A DNA stretch of 63,161 bases, filler included, from Thermodesulfobacteriota bacterium (GTDB lineage Bacteria > DASVDK01), in assembly GCA_036381125.1 (NCBI GenBank). It is 4 parts of 4 records of this genome, joined end to end, with 100 filler letters (N's around TTAATTAATTAA, not from the genome) between each part and the next. Parts side by side here need not be neighbours in the genome. Positions count along the whole stretch, not along the records: positions 38,358 to 60,786 come from DASVDK010000108.1; 3 more parts are not named here. One strand, written 5' to 3'. Below are positions 42,116 through 53,662 of the stretch, one piece after another (the first letter of the stretch is position 1; each line of letters opens with the position of its first letter). A program made the translations under genes and the position numbers. The notes below the pieces were generated by a model. That model was not told the DNA's origin. It did no database searches and saw nothing but the letters and a program-made list of their open reading frames with translations.

Positions 42116-42144
42116 AGCATACGGCACGTATGAGCAGGTGTCAA
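42116..42144 (-). promoter_or_regulatory. sigma70 promoter overlapped by a palindromic operator CATACG-N3-CGTATG (42118-42132)
   Basis: TTGACA-N17-TATGCT on the minus strand. A perfect 6-bp inverted repeat covers the spacer and -10. Confidence 0.8.
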
Positions 42145-42183
42145 GTGAACACGATCTGGCCACTTCCGGGTCCGGCTGAGAGA

Positions 42184-44304
<2,121 letters not shown>

Positions 44305-44363
44305 CGCTCGACGAGTGCTGACGGTCTCTTGCACGCGTCCGCGTCGCGGGTCATCCTGTCGCC

Positions 44364-45356
44364 ATGCGATGCCTTGCCCGTGCCTCCGTCTTTGCGGTCC
44401 TCTTCCTCATCGCTCCCGCCGCTCCGGCCCTCGCCCAGTCCGAAGTCGCCGGATGGCTCTCCCCGCGCATCGGCGGCCTCGCGCCGCGCGCCGACTACCG
44501 GATCGGGCAGCTGGACGACCGGCCCGTGCACGGGCGCGGCGGCCAGCTCGGGGCGACGCGGCACGAGTTCACGCTCCTGGTACCGGTCGCGCAGGGCGAC
44601 GTGGGCGAGTGGTCCGTCTCGTTCCGCGGTCGCCTCGACGACGTGGACACCGGCGTGCGCCTGCCCGACACGGGCGACCCGTTTCCCGACGAGCTGTGGG
44701 ACCTGCGGGCGGGCGTGACCTACCGGCGGCGCGTGCGCCGGGACTGGATCGGGACGCTCAGCGTGACGGGCGGCTCGGCGAGCGACAGGCCCTTCGCGAG
44801 CCTCGACGAGGTGATCGCCTCGGCAACGGCGCTCCTCCGGATCCCGCACGGATACTCCAACGCCTGGGTGGCCGGCCTCACCTGGTCGAACGACCGCGCC
44901 TTCCTCAACTACGTGCCGATCCCGCTCGTCGGGTACTGGTACCAGCCCGTGCCGGACCTCCTCCTCTTCGCCGGGGTGCCGTTCCTCCTGATCCGCACGA
45001 AGCCGGTCGAGCCGCTCACCTTCCAGGTCAGCTACTTCCCGACCACGCGGGTCAGTGCGCAGCTCACGTACGACGTCACGCAGCGCCTGGCGCTCTACGC
45101 CCACTTCCGGACCGACGAGGTCCGCTACCTGCGGGCCGACCGCGAGCGCCGGCGCGACGGCCTCACCTTCCTCGACAGCCGGGTGGCGGGGGGCGTGCGC
45201 CTCGCGCTCGGCCGGCAGGTCGCGCTCGACCTCTCCGCAGGGTACGCCTTCGACAAGATCGTCTACGAGGGCGAGGACTTCGACGACCGCGACCAGAACC
45301 GCCTGAACATCGGCGACGGCCTCTACTGGGCCGCCTCGCTCTCCGCCAGGTTCTGA
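44364..45356 (+). CDS. outer-membrane beta-barrel protein
   Basis: Signal peptide, alternating amphipathic strands and C-terminal LSARF. Confidence 0.75.
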   Translation: MRCLARASVFAVLFLIAPAAPALAQSEVAGWLSPRIGGLAPRADYRIGQLDDRPVHGRGGQLGATRHEFTLLVPVAQGDVGEWSVSFRGRLDDVDTGVRLPDTGDPFPDELWDLRAGVTYRRRVRRDWIGTLSVTGGSASDRPFASLDEVIASATALLRIPHGYSNAWVAGLTWSNDRAFLNYVPIPLVGYWYQPVPDLLLFAGVPFLLIRTKPVEPLTFQVSYFPTTRVSAQLTYDVTQRLALYAHFRTDEVRYLRADRERRRDGLTFLDSRVAGGVRLALGRQVALDLSAGYAFDKIVYEGEDFDDRDQNRLNIGDGLYWAASLSARF

Positions 45357-45465
45357 CCTCGTTCGACGGGTACGGCTCGGTGGCCGGCGAGCGCGGAGCC
45401 CCGCACGCCGGCCTCGACGAGGGCTCCGGCCGAAGGACGGCCGCGGCGGATGCGGAGGCCGGGCC

Positions 45466-45570
45466 TGTCGATTCCTGGACACCTGACTGTCGACAAATCG
45501 ACACCACCTCGGTGTCGACCATATCTCTCTAAGGCATATCCAACACTTATGGCACGGCACGGCGGTTGCG
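45466..45570 (+). promoter_or_regulatory. sigma54 promoter with two UAS and an IHF-like site
   Basis: TGT-N10-ACA at 45466-45481 and 45488-45503, TATCCAACACTTA (IHF-like, one mismatch) at 45537-45549, and CGGCAC-GGCGG-TTGCG at 45555-45570. Confidence 0.75.
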
Positions 45571-45618
45571 ATCGGCTTGTGCGAGTTCGCACGAGCGTGG
45601 CGGAGGTCCCTCGACGCG

Positions 45619-45855
45619 ATGAGCCAGCAGGCCGTGGAGCGCGCCCTGGGGCGACTGGTAACGGACCCGGCCTTTCGGCGCCGGTTCTACCGGGAGCCGG
45701 AACGGGCGAGCCTCGAGCTGGGGCTCGACCTCTCGGCCGGGGAACTGGAGGCGTTGCAGCGCGTTCCCTGCCTCGCCCTGGCCGAGCTTGCGGCGCGTCT
45801 CGACGATCGGCTCCGTCGCCTCTCCCTGCCCGACGAGCCGGCCACGGACGACTGA
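45619..45855 (+). CDS. NHLP-clan (Os1348-like) small protein
   Basis: MSQQAVERALGRLVTDPAFRRRFYREPE...GLDLSAGELEAL matches the nitrile-hydratase-leader-like pattern. Confidence 0.75.
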   Translation: MSQQAVERALGRLVTDPAFRRRFYREPERASLELGLDLSAGELEALQRVPCLALAELAARLDDRLRRLSLPDEPATDD

Positions 45856-45871
45856 CGCGGATGGAGACGAC

Positions 45872-47095
45872 ATGGTGGTGAAGCGCAAGGGACTCGTCCT
45901 GGCGCCGCTCGCGGCGCTTTTCCTCGCGGCCTGCGGCGCCTCCGAGGCGACGATGGAGCCGTCGTCAGCGGCCGCGCCCGCGCCTCCCGTCCGCGTCACG
46001 GCGGTGGCCGCCGAGTTGCGCCGCGAGCCGGCGACGCTCGACGTGACCGGCACGCTCGTCGCCGACGCGAAGACCGACGTGGCAGCCGAGGTTCCCGGCC
46101 GGGTGCTCGAGGTGCTCGTCGAGCGCGGCCAGCCCGTCGCGGCCGGGCAGGTGCTCGCGCGGCTCGACCCCCGCGACGCCGAGAACCAGCTCGCCGAGGC
46201 GGAGGCCAACGTGGCACAGACCCGCGCGCGGCTGGGCCTCGAGGAGGGGCAGGCGTTCGATCCGAACGCGACGCCCGACGTCCGGCAGCAGCGCGTGGCG
46301 CTCGAGCGCCGGCGGCTCGACTTCGAGCGCTTCGAGCAGCTCCTCGAGGAGGGCATCGTGTCGCGCTCCGAGTACGACCTCCGGCGCACCGATTACCTCG
46401 CGGCGAAGGAGCAGCTCGACGCCACCGTGAACCAGATGCGCCAGCTCTACCAGACGCTCAAGAGCCAGCAGGCGGTCGCCGCCATGCGGCGCAAGGCGCT
46501 GGCCGACACGGTGATCCGCGCCCCCTACGCGGGGCTCGTGGCCGAGAAGCAGATCGACGTCGGGCAGTACGTGGACAGGGGGGACAGGATCGCGACGATC
46601 GTCCGCATCCACCCGCTCCGGATCGAGCTCGCGATCCCCGAGACGGCCGTGTCCTCCGTCCGGCGCGGGCAGAAGGTCTCCTTCGCCGTGCAGACCTATC
46701 CGGACCGCCGCTTCGACGGCACGGTCAAGTACGTCGGGCCGTCGCTCGACCCGAACTCGCGCGCGCTCGTCGCCGAGGCCGTCGTCCCGAACCAGGACGG
46801 CACGCTGAAGCCCGGGCTCTTCGCCACGGCGCGCGTCGAGCTGCCGGCGATGCGCGAGTCGGTCGTCGTGCCGGCCGCGGCGGTTCGCACCGACGCGGGC
46901 GTGTCGCGCGTCTTCGTCCTGGCCGGCGGCCGGGCGGATCTGCGGGTCGTGCAGGTCGGCGATCGGACGGGCGACCTCGTGGAGATCGTGCGGGGGGTCG
47001 AGGCGGGCGAGCGGGTCGTCACCCGGGGCCTCGAGCAGGTCAGCGACGGCGCGGCGGTCGCCGAGGTCGCGGCAGCCGCCGCCCGGGTCGAATAG
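45872..47095 (+). CDS. RND efflux membrane fusion protein (lipoprotein)
   Basis: Lipobox LAAC, VAAEVPGRV..VERGQPVAAGQVLARLD, IRAPYAG and LKPGLFA. Confidence 0.92.
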   Translation: MVVKRKGLVLAPLAALFLAACGASEATMEPSSAAAPAPPVRVTAVAAELRREPATLDVTGTLVADAKTDVAAEVPGRVLEVLVERGQPVAAGQVLARLDPRDAENQLAEAEANVAQTRARLGLEEGQAFDPNATPDVRQQRVALERRRLDFERFEQLLEEGIVSRSEYDLRRTDYLAAKEQLDATVNQMRQLYQTLKSQQAVAAMRRKALADTVIRAPYAGLVAEKQIDVGQYVDRGDRIATIVRIHPLRIELAIPETAVSSVRRGQKVSFAVQTYPDRRFDGTVKYVGPSLDPNSRALVAEAVVPNQDGTLKPGLFATARVELPAMRESVVVPAAAVRTDAGVSRVFVLAGGRADLRVVQVGDRTGDLVEIVRGVEAGERVVTRGLEQVSDGAAVAEVAAAAARVE

Positions 47096-47097
47096 CG

Positions 47098-50000
47098 ATG
47101 CAGTGGCTCGCGGAGATCTCGCTCAGGCGGCCGGTCTTCGCGACGGTCCTGGTCCTCTCGCTGGTCGTCGTCGGCGCCTTCTCGTACGTCAACCTCGGCG
47201 TCGACCGCTTCCCGAAGGTGGACTTTCCGACCGTCTCGATCATCACGACCCAGCAGGGCGCGGCCCCCGAGGAGATCGAGACCGAGATCACGGAGAAGAT
47301 CGAGCGGGCCGTCAACACGATCTCCGGCATCGACGAGCTGCGGTCGGTCTCGTCCGAGGGCATCTCGCAGGTCTTCGTCCAGTTCCAGCTCGAGAAGGAC
47401 CCGGACGTGGCGGCCCAGGAGGTGCGGGACAAGATCAACGAGATCTTGCCCGACCTGCCGAGCGACGCGGAGCCGCCGGTCATCGCCAAGTTCGACACCG
47501 ATGCCGCCCCGGTGCTCTACGTGGCCGTCTCGGCCGATCGCGGCATCCGCGAGCTGTCCGAGTTCGCCGACAAAACGCTCCGGCGCGAGATCGAGTCGCT
47601 CCCCGGCGTCGGCCAGGTGAACGTCATCGGGGGGCGGCTGCGCCAGGTGAACCTCTGGCTCGATCCGTCGCGCCTGCGCGCCTACGGGCTCACGGTGGCC
47701 GCAGTCACGCAGGCCATCGCGAACCAGAACCTCCAGCAGCCCGGCGGCAACCTCGACCAGGGCAGCCGCACCCTCACCGTGCGCATGAAGGGGCGCGTCA
47801 ACTCGGTCGCCCAGTTCGACACGCTCGTCGTCGCCAACAAGGGGGACGCGCAGATCACGCTGCGCGACGTGGGGTACGCGGAGGACGGCACCGAGGAGGC
47901 CACGAGCACGGGCAACGTCGACGGCAAGCCCCTCGTGGTCCTCTCGATCCGCAAGCAGTCCGGGACGAACTCCGTCGCGGTCGTCGATGGGGTCAAGGCG
48001 CGCCTCGCCGAGATCGAGTCGCGCCTGCCGGCCGGCTTCGACATGAAGGTCATCCGGGACGAGTCGACGTACATCAAGGCGGCCGTCGACACCGTGCAGG
48101 AGCACCTGCTCGTCGGCGCGCTCCTCGCGGCCGGCGTCGTCTACTTCTTCCTGCGCAGCTGGCGCTCGACCCTCATCGCGGCCATCGCGATCCCGACCTC
48201 GATCGTGAGCACGTTCGCCCTCATGTGGTTCATGGGCTTCACGCTCAACATCCTCACCCTCTTCGCGCTCACGCTCGCGGTGGGCATCGTCATCGACGAC
48301 GCTATCGTGGTCCTCGAGAACATCTTCCGCCTGATGGAGGAGAAGGGCCTCTCGCCCTTCGAGGCGGCGCGCGAGGGGACCCGCGAGATCGGCCTGGCCG
48401 TCCTTGCGACCACCCTGTCGCTCGTGGCGGTCTTCCTGCCGGTGGCGTTCATGGGCGGCATCGTCGGCCGCTTCCTCCACTCCTTCGGCCTCACCATGGC
48501 CTTCGCCATCATGGTGTCGCTCCTCGTGGCCTTCACCCTGACTCCCATGCTCGCGGCGCGACTCCTCAAGCCGCAAGCGGCCGGCGCGAGCGGCCAGGCG
48601 CACGGATCGAAGGCGTCCTGGCTCTTCCGCTCGCTCGACCGGGGCTACGAGGCGGTCCTCCGCCGGGCGATGGCGCACCGCTGGGTCGTCGTGGTCGCCT
48701 CGATCGCCGCGTTCCTGTCGACCGTGCCGCTCGGCGCGATCGTCGGGAAGGACTTCCTCCCGAAGAACGACGAGTCGCAGTTCGAGGTCGTGGTCCGCGC
48801 GCCCGAAGGCACGAGCCTCGAGCAGACGGAGGTCATCGCCAACCGCATCGCCCGGGACGTGAAGCGGCTCCCCGGCGTGGACTACACGGTCGTCCTCGCC
48901 GGCGCCGACTCCCGCGAGACCCCCAACCTGGCCACCATCTTCGTGAAGCTCGTCGACGTGGAGGCTCGCGAGGCGGGGCAGTTCGACATCATGAACCGCG
49001 TCCGGGAGGAGGTGCTGCCGCGGTACGCCGGCGACGGCTTCCGCACGAGCGTGTCCGAGGTGGCGGCGATCGGCGGGGGCGGCAACGAGAACAAGGACGT
49101 GGCCGTCTACGTGAGCGGCCCCGACCTCGGCACGCTGTCCGGGTACGCGGCGCGCCTGGCCCAGGCCCTCGAGAAGGTGCCGGGCGCGGTGGACGTCGAC
49201 ACGAGCCTCGTCCTCGGCAAGCCGGAGCTGTCGGTCAACCTCGACCGGCGCAAGGCGGCCGACCTCGGCGTCCAGGTGGCGGACGTGGCGAACACGCTGC
49301 GCGTCATGGTCGGCGGGCGGCAGATCTCGACGTACAACGAGGGCGGTGAGCAGTACGAGGTGCACGCCCGCGCGCTCGGACGGTGGCGGACGACGGCCGA
49401 GGGGCTCTCGCAGATGACCGTCCCCTCCTCCACCATGGGGAGCGTGAGCCTCGACAACGTCGCGTCGTTCGTGCCCGGCGAGGGGCCGGCCCAGGTGGAC
49501 CGGCTCGGCCGCCGCCGGCAGGTGACGATCACGGCCAACATCCTCGAGGGCTACGACCAGCAGACGGCCCTGACGGCGCTCGACGCCGAGGTGAAGGCCA
49601 TGAACATGGAGCCGGGGTACACCTACGGCACCGCCGGGACGTCGAGGGAGATGGGCAAGGCCGCGAGGAACTTCCTCCTCGCCTTCACGCTGTCGATCGT
49701 CTTCATGTACCTGATCCTCGCCGCGCAGTTCGAGTCGTGGATCCACCCGGTGACGATCCTGCTCGCCCTGCCCCTCACGGTGCCCTTCGCGATCCTGTCC
49801 GTGATCCTCTTCGGCCAGTCGCTGAACATCTACACGGCGCTCGGGCTGCTGGTCCTCTTCGGCGTCGTCAAGAAGAACGCCATCCTCCAGGTGGACCACA
49901 CGAACCAGCTGCGCGAGCGCGGCATGTCGCGGGACGACGCCATCATCCAGGCCAACAAGGACCGGCTGCGGCCGATCCTCATGACGACCTTCGCCTTCGT

Positions 50001-50250
50001 GGCCGGCGCCGTGCCGCTGCTCGTCTCCTCGGGGGTCGGGTCGGGCGACAGCCGCGCCATCGGCTCGGTCATCGTGGGCGGGCAGACGCTCTCGCTGCTC
50101 CTGACCCTCCTCGCGACGCCGGTCGCCTACTCGATCTTCGACGATCTCGCGGCGCGAATCCGGGCCGGGCGCGCGAAGTTGCCGGCGGTCGTGTCGAGCA
50201 TCGCCGGGCGGCTCCCGACGCTCTCGAGCGCCTCCCGCAGCTCGCGCTGA
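47098..50250 (+). CDS. RND efflux transporter (AcrB/HAE1 family)
   Basis: 1050 aa; RRPVFA, GIVIDDAIVVLENI, KNAILQVD and RLRPILMTT. Confidence 0.95.
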   Translation: MQWLAEISLRRPVFATVLVLSLVVVGAFSYVNLGVDRFPKVDFPTVSIITTQQGAAPEEIETEITEKIERAVNTISGIDELRSVSSEGISQVFVQFQLEKDPDVAAQEVRDKINEILPDLPSDAEPPVIAKFDTDAAPVLYVAVSADRGIRELSEFADKTLRREIESLPGVGQVNVIGGRLRQVNLWLDPSRLRAYGLTVAAVTQAIANQNLQQPGGNLDQGSRTLTVRMKGRVNSVAQFDTLVVANKGDAQITLRDVGYAEDGTEEATSTGNVDGKPLVVLSIRKQSGTNSVAVVDGVKARLAEIESRLPAGFDMKVIRDESTYIKAAVDTVQEHLLVGALLAAGVVYFFLRSWRSTLIAAIAIPTSIVSTFALMWFMGFTLNILTLFALTLAVGIVIDDAIVVLENIFRLMEEKGLSPFEAAREGTREIGLAVLATTLSLVAVFLPVAFMGGIVGRFLHSFGLTMAFAIMVSLLVAFTLTPMLAARLLKPQAAGASGQAHGSKASWLFRSLDRGYEAVLRRAMAHRWVVVVASIAAFLSTVPLGAIVGKDFLPKNDESQFEVVVRAPEGTSLEQTEVIANRIARDVKRLPGVDYTVVLAGADSRETPNLATIFVKLVDVEAREAGQFDIMNRVREEVLPRYAGDGFRTSVSEVAAIGGGGNENKDVAVYVSGPDLGTLSGYAARLAQALEKVPGAVDVDTSLVLGKPELSVNLDRRKAADLGVQVADVANTLRVMVGGRQISTYNEGGEQYEVHARALGRWRTTAEGLSQMTVPSSTMGSVSLDNVASFVPGEGPAQVDRLGRRRQVTITANILEGYDQQTALTALDAEVKAMNMEPGYTYGTAGTSREMGKAARNFLLAFTLSIVFMYLILAAQFESWIHPVTILLALPLTVPFAILSVILFGQSLNIYTALGLLVLFGVVKKNAILQVDHTNQLRERGMSRDDAIIQANKDRLRPILMTTFAFVAGAVPLLVSSGVGSGDSRAIGSVIVGGQTLSLLLTLLATPVAYSIFDDLAARIRAGRAKLPAVVSSIAGRLPTLSSASRSSR

Positions 50251-50269
50251 ACGCCACGAACCACCGCCT

Positions 50270-51112
50270 TCACGCACTCGACGGCGCGCGCGAGCCCTTG
50301 CCGAGCGAGGCGCCGTCCGGATCCAGCGCGAGGCCACGCAGGGCCTCGGCAGTGGCGGCATCGGCCGGCAGGAAGGTCTCGATCGCCAGCTCCGAGAGCG
50401 TGACGTCGATGGGCGTGCCGAAGACCATCGTGGCGCTCAGAAAGGAAAGCATGCCGACATCGGTGACGAGCCGGAGCGGCACGGCGACATCCGCCCCTTC
50501 GCTCGGGGTCGAGGGTCTGGCAGCGGTTCCGCTCGGATAGCCCGACAGCTCCTGCAACAGATCCGCCAGGACCGGATCGGCCGCAACCCCCACCTGACGG
50601 CGCAGGCGGGCGAGCAGGTGCTCGCGCCATTCGCCCAGATTCGCGATCCGCGGCGCGAGGCCGTCGGGGTGGAGACTCAGTCGAAGCACGTTGATCGGCG
50701 GCCGCAGGAGGGCGGCCGCGGCACCGGCGAGCAGCGGGCTCACCGCCCGGTTCGCCGCCACAAGCGTCCAGTGTCGGTCCACGGCGAGCGCGGGAAACGG
50801 CTCGTGGGCGGCCAGCACCGCTTCCACCGCTCCGCGCGCCGCGCGCAGGGCCGGATCGTCCAGCGGCCGCTCGGGAAAGACCGGCGCGAATCCCGCAGCC
50901 AGGAGGAGCACGTTGCGTTCGCGTAGCGGCACGTCGAGCCGTTCGGCCAGGTGCAACACCATCTCGCGACTCGGCGAGGCACGGCCGGTCTCCAGAAAGC
51001 TCAAGTGGCGCGCGGAGATCCCGGCCTCGCACGCGAGCGCGAGCTGGCTCATGCGGCGGCGCTGACGCCACGCCTTCAAGTGTTCGCCGATGCGTCGGGC
51101 CTGACCCGCCAT
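50270..51112 (-). CDS. XRE-family HTH regulator with MmyB-like ligand domain
   Basis: WRQRRRMSQLALACEAGISARHLSFLETGRASPSREM...TPIDVTLSELAIE. Confidence 0.9.
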   Translation of the reverse strand: MAGQARRIGEHLKAWRQRRRMSQLALACEAGISARHLSFLETGRASPSREMVLHLAERLDVPLRERNVLLLAAGFAPVFPERPLDDPALRAARGAVEAVLAAHEPFPALAVDRHWTLVAANRAVSPLLAGAAAALLRPPINVLRLSLHPDGLAPRIANLGEWREHLLARLRRQVGVAADPVLADLLQELSGYPSGTAARPSTPSEGADVAVPLRLVTDVGMLSFLSATMVFGTPIDVTLSELAIETFLPADAATAEALRGLALDPDGASLGKGSRAPSSA

Positions 51113-51234
51113 AGCGTCACGATAGGGCAAGGACGCGCCGGCTTCCATTACCTCCGACGTAATCGACGCCGCTCCACCTGCGACGCGATACTGCACTCGC
51201 CTGGACGTACCGGGCCGTTTGCAGGGAGACTCCC

Positions 51235-51468
51235 ATGACCAATGCCGCAGAGACCGCCGATCGCCGCATCGCGCTTCGGAACGGGACCGGCGCGGGCCGC
51301 CGGCGCCACCCGATCGCATGCGCGTGGAACGAGAACGCGAGCGACATCGACCCGCTGATGCAGGGCGAGGGTCACGACGGCATCGACGCCATGGCCGACT
51401 TCGGCGTCGTTGCCGCCGGCGGACGGCTCGAGCACGTAACCGGCTTCCCGGACCAGGTCCCGGCATGA
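51235..51468 (+). pseudogene. SnoaL/NTF2-like protein with internal deletion
   Basis: N-terminal DPLMQGEGHDGIDA is joined directly to C-terminal DFGVVAAGGRLEHVTGFPDQVPA. Only 77 aa. Confidence 0.6.
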
Positions 51469-51818
51469 CAGGCTCCGATGTCGTCGTCGTCGTGTCCATC
51501 CACGTCAAGCCCGGTTGCGAGGAGGAGTTCCTCCGCCTCGTCACGCCGGTGCTCGATGCCATGCGGCACGAGGCAACCTTCATCAACGCCGTGCTGCATC
51601 AAGATCCCGAGGATCCGACCCGCTTCATGCTCTACGAGACCTGGGCGGATCGGGACGACGTCTCCCAGGTCCAGATCCATCGCGAATATCGGAAGGCCTA
51701 CTGGGCTCGTCTACCCGAGATCCTCTGCGAGCCCCGGCACATACAGTCCTGGCGGCCGTTGCGCGGAGATTTCGCGTTCTTCGCGGCGGGCGCGAGCCGG
51801 CGAGCGGAGACCGGATAG
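51465..51818 (+). CDS. ABM-domain (putative quinol monooxygenase) protein
   Basis: VSIHVKPGCEEEF...QDPEDPTRFMLYETW. Confidence 0.85.
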   Translation: MTGSDVVVVVSIHVKPGCEEEFLRLVTPVLDAMRHEATFINAVLHQDPEDPTRFMLYETWADRDDVSQVQIHREYRKAYWARLPEILCEPRHIQSWRPLRGDFAFFAAGASRRAETG

Positions 51819-51828
51819 CCGTCTCCGC

Positions 51829-51858
51829 TTGACATCTCAACCAATCACCCGTTTTACT
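51829..51858 (+). promoter_or_regulatory. putative sigma70 promoter of the catabolic operon
   Basis: TTGACA-N18-TTTACT in an AT-richer patch upstream of an AGGAGG. Confidence 0.5.
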
Positions 51859-51887
51859 AGAAGGAGGTGTTCGGGAGGGCCGCGCTC

Positions 51888-53159
51888 GTGGGCATGACCA
51901 TCACGCAGAAGATCCTCGCCCACAAGGCGGGGAAGGATCGGGTCGCGACAGGCGAGTTCGTAACCGTACCGGTGGACCTCGCCGCCTGCCACGACGCGGC
52001 CGCCAACCTCGTCATGGACACGTTCGAGGCGACCGGCGCCGATCGCGTCTTCGACCCCGAGCGGGTCGCCATGACGATGCGGGCCTACGTGCCGGCGCGC
52101 GATCCGGTGGTCGCCCAGGTGCACGAGCGGATGCGCCGCTTCGCCCGGCGCCACGGCATCCGCCACTTCTTCGACTACGACGGCGGCCCGCACGGCATCG
52201 AGCACGTCCTCTACCCGGCGCAGGGCCTCATCGCCGCGGGCGACGTCTTCCTCAACTCCGACTCCCACACGCCCACCGCGGGCGCGTTCGGCGCCTTCGG
52301 GCCGGCCATGGGGTGGAGCGACGTCGGCGTCGGCCTCGCCCTCGGCACCACGTGGTTCCGGGTCCCCGAGTCGATCAAGGTCGTCGTCGACGGCCCCGTC
52401 CGCCCGTACGTCGGCGGCAAGGACATCGTGCTGACGCTCATCGGCACGATCGGCGTGGCCGGCGCGACCTACCAGGTCCTCGAGTGGACCGGGTCGACCA
52501 TCCGCGCGCTGCCGATCGAGGAGCGGATGACCATCTGCAACATGGCGGTCGAGGCGGGCGCCAAGTCGGCCATCATGGAGCCGGACGAGACCTCCCAGGC
52601 CTACGTCGCCTCGCGGGGCGGCCGCCCGGGGATCGTCTTCCGGAGCGACCCGGACGCGACGTACGCGCGGACGGTGAGCTTCCGCGGCGACGCGCTCGAG
52701 CCGGTCGTGGCGAAGCCGTCCCTGCCAGACCGGGTCTCCCCCGTGAGCGAGGTGCGCGGCACGAAGGTCACGCAGGTCTTCATCGGCACCTGCACCAACG
52801 GCCGTCTGAGCGACCTGCGCGCGGCGGCGTCGATCCTCAAGGGGAGGAAGGTGGCGAAGGGCGTGCGGCTCCTCGTCTCGCCGGCCACCCGCGAGACCTA
52901 CGTGCAGGCCCTCAAGGAAGGGCTCGTGGAGGTGCTCATGGAGGCCGGCGCGACGGTATCGCCCGCCTCCTGCGGCCCCTGCGCGGCGCTCCACTCCGGC
53001 GTCCTCGGGCCGGACGACGTCTGCGTCTCCACCAGCAACCGGAACTTCAAGGGCCGCATGGGCCATCCGGACTCGAAGGTCTACCTGGCGGGGCCCTACG
53101 TCGCGGCCGCCGCCGCCGTGGCGGGCGCCATCGTGCCGCCCGAGGAGGTCGCGCGATGA
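51888..53159 (+). CDS. LeuC/HacA/DmdA-like aconitase-family large subunit
   Basis: MTITQKIL, DSHT, IGTCTNGR, SCGPC and STSNRNFKGRMG. Confidence 0.9.
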   Translation: MGMTITQKILAHKAGKDRVATGEFVTVPVDLAACHDAAANLVMDTFEATGADRVFDPERVAMTMRAYVPARDPVVAQVHERMRRFARRHGIRHFFDYDGGPHGIEHVLYPAQGLIAAGDVFLNSDSHTPTAGAFGAFGPAMGWSDVGVGLALGTTWFRVPESIKVVVDGPVRPYVGGKDIVLTLIGTIGVAGATYQVLEWTGSTIRALPIEERMTICNMAVEAGAKSAIMEPDETSQAYVASRGGRPGIVFRSDPDATYARTVSFRGDALEPVVAKPSLPDRVSPVSEVRGTKVTQVFIGTCTNGRLSDLRAAASILKGRKVAKGVRLLVSPATRETYVQALKEGLVEVLMEAGATVSPASCGPCAALHSGVLGPDDVCVSTSNRNFKGRMGHPDSKVYLAGPYVAAAAAVAGAIVPPEEVAR

Positions 53160-53662
53160 TCGTCGAGGGGCGGATCCACGTCTTCGGAGACAACGTCACG
53201 ACCGACGAGATCATGCCGACCCACAAGGCGGCCGCCACGGCGGCCGAGCTGGCGGCCTACGCGATGGTGGGCTGCGACCCCGACTTCCCGAAGAAGGTGA
53301 AGCCGGGCGACGTCCTCGTGGCGGGCGAGAACTTCGGCGCCGGCTCCTCGCGGGAGACCGCGCCGCTCGGCCTCAAGGGCGCCGGCCTCGGCGCGATCGT
53401 GGCGAAGAGCTTCGCCCGGACGTTCTACCGGAACTGCATCAACCAGGGGCTGCCGATCCTCGTCTGCCCCGAAGCGGCGTCCGCCGCGAAGCCCGGAGAC
53501 GTCATGCGGATCGACCTCGAGTCGGGACGCGTCGAGGTGGCCGGCCGGACGTTCCAGGCCGAGCCCTTCCCGCCGTTCCTCCTGACGATCATCCGGCACG
53601 GCGGCAACGTCGGCTACGCGCGGGCGGTCCTCGCCGAGCGAGCACGCGCCGCCGGTGCGTAG
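53156..53662 (+). CDS. LeuD/HacB/DmdB-like small subunit
   Basis: FGDNVTTDEI, NFGAGSSRE and SFARTFYRNCINQGL. Confidence 0.9.
   Translation: MIVEGRIHVFGDNVTTDEIMPTHKAAATAAELAAYAMVGCDPDFPKKVKPGDVLVAGENFGAGSSRETAPLGLKGAGLGAIVAKSFARTFYRNCINQGLPILVCPEAASAAKPGDVMRIDLESGRVEVAGRTFQAEPFPPFLLTIIRHGGNVGYARAVLAERARAAGA

Noticed and set aside
45619-45855. RiPP biosynthetic gene cluster
   Set aside because: No YcaO, radical SAM, lanthionine synthetase or peptidase-transporter is nearby, and no evident core peptide is present.
46696-50361. Very long antisense or alternate-frame ORFs (e.g. 1221 aa here, 10211-13072, 33191-35530, 416-2545)
   Set aside because: These are shadow ORFs caused by high GC and stop-codon scarcity. 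They overlap well-supported genes and have Arg/Pro/Gly-rich, motif-less translations.
51888-53662. Leucine biosynthesis leuCD
   Set aside because: The context is a transporter plus a lyase with no leuA or leuB, so gene symbols were withheld.
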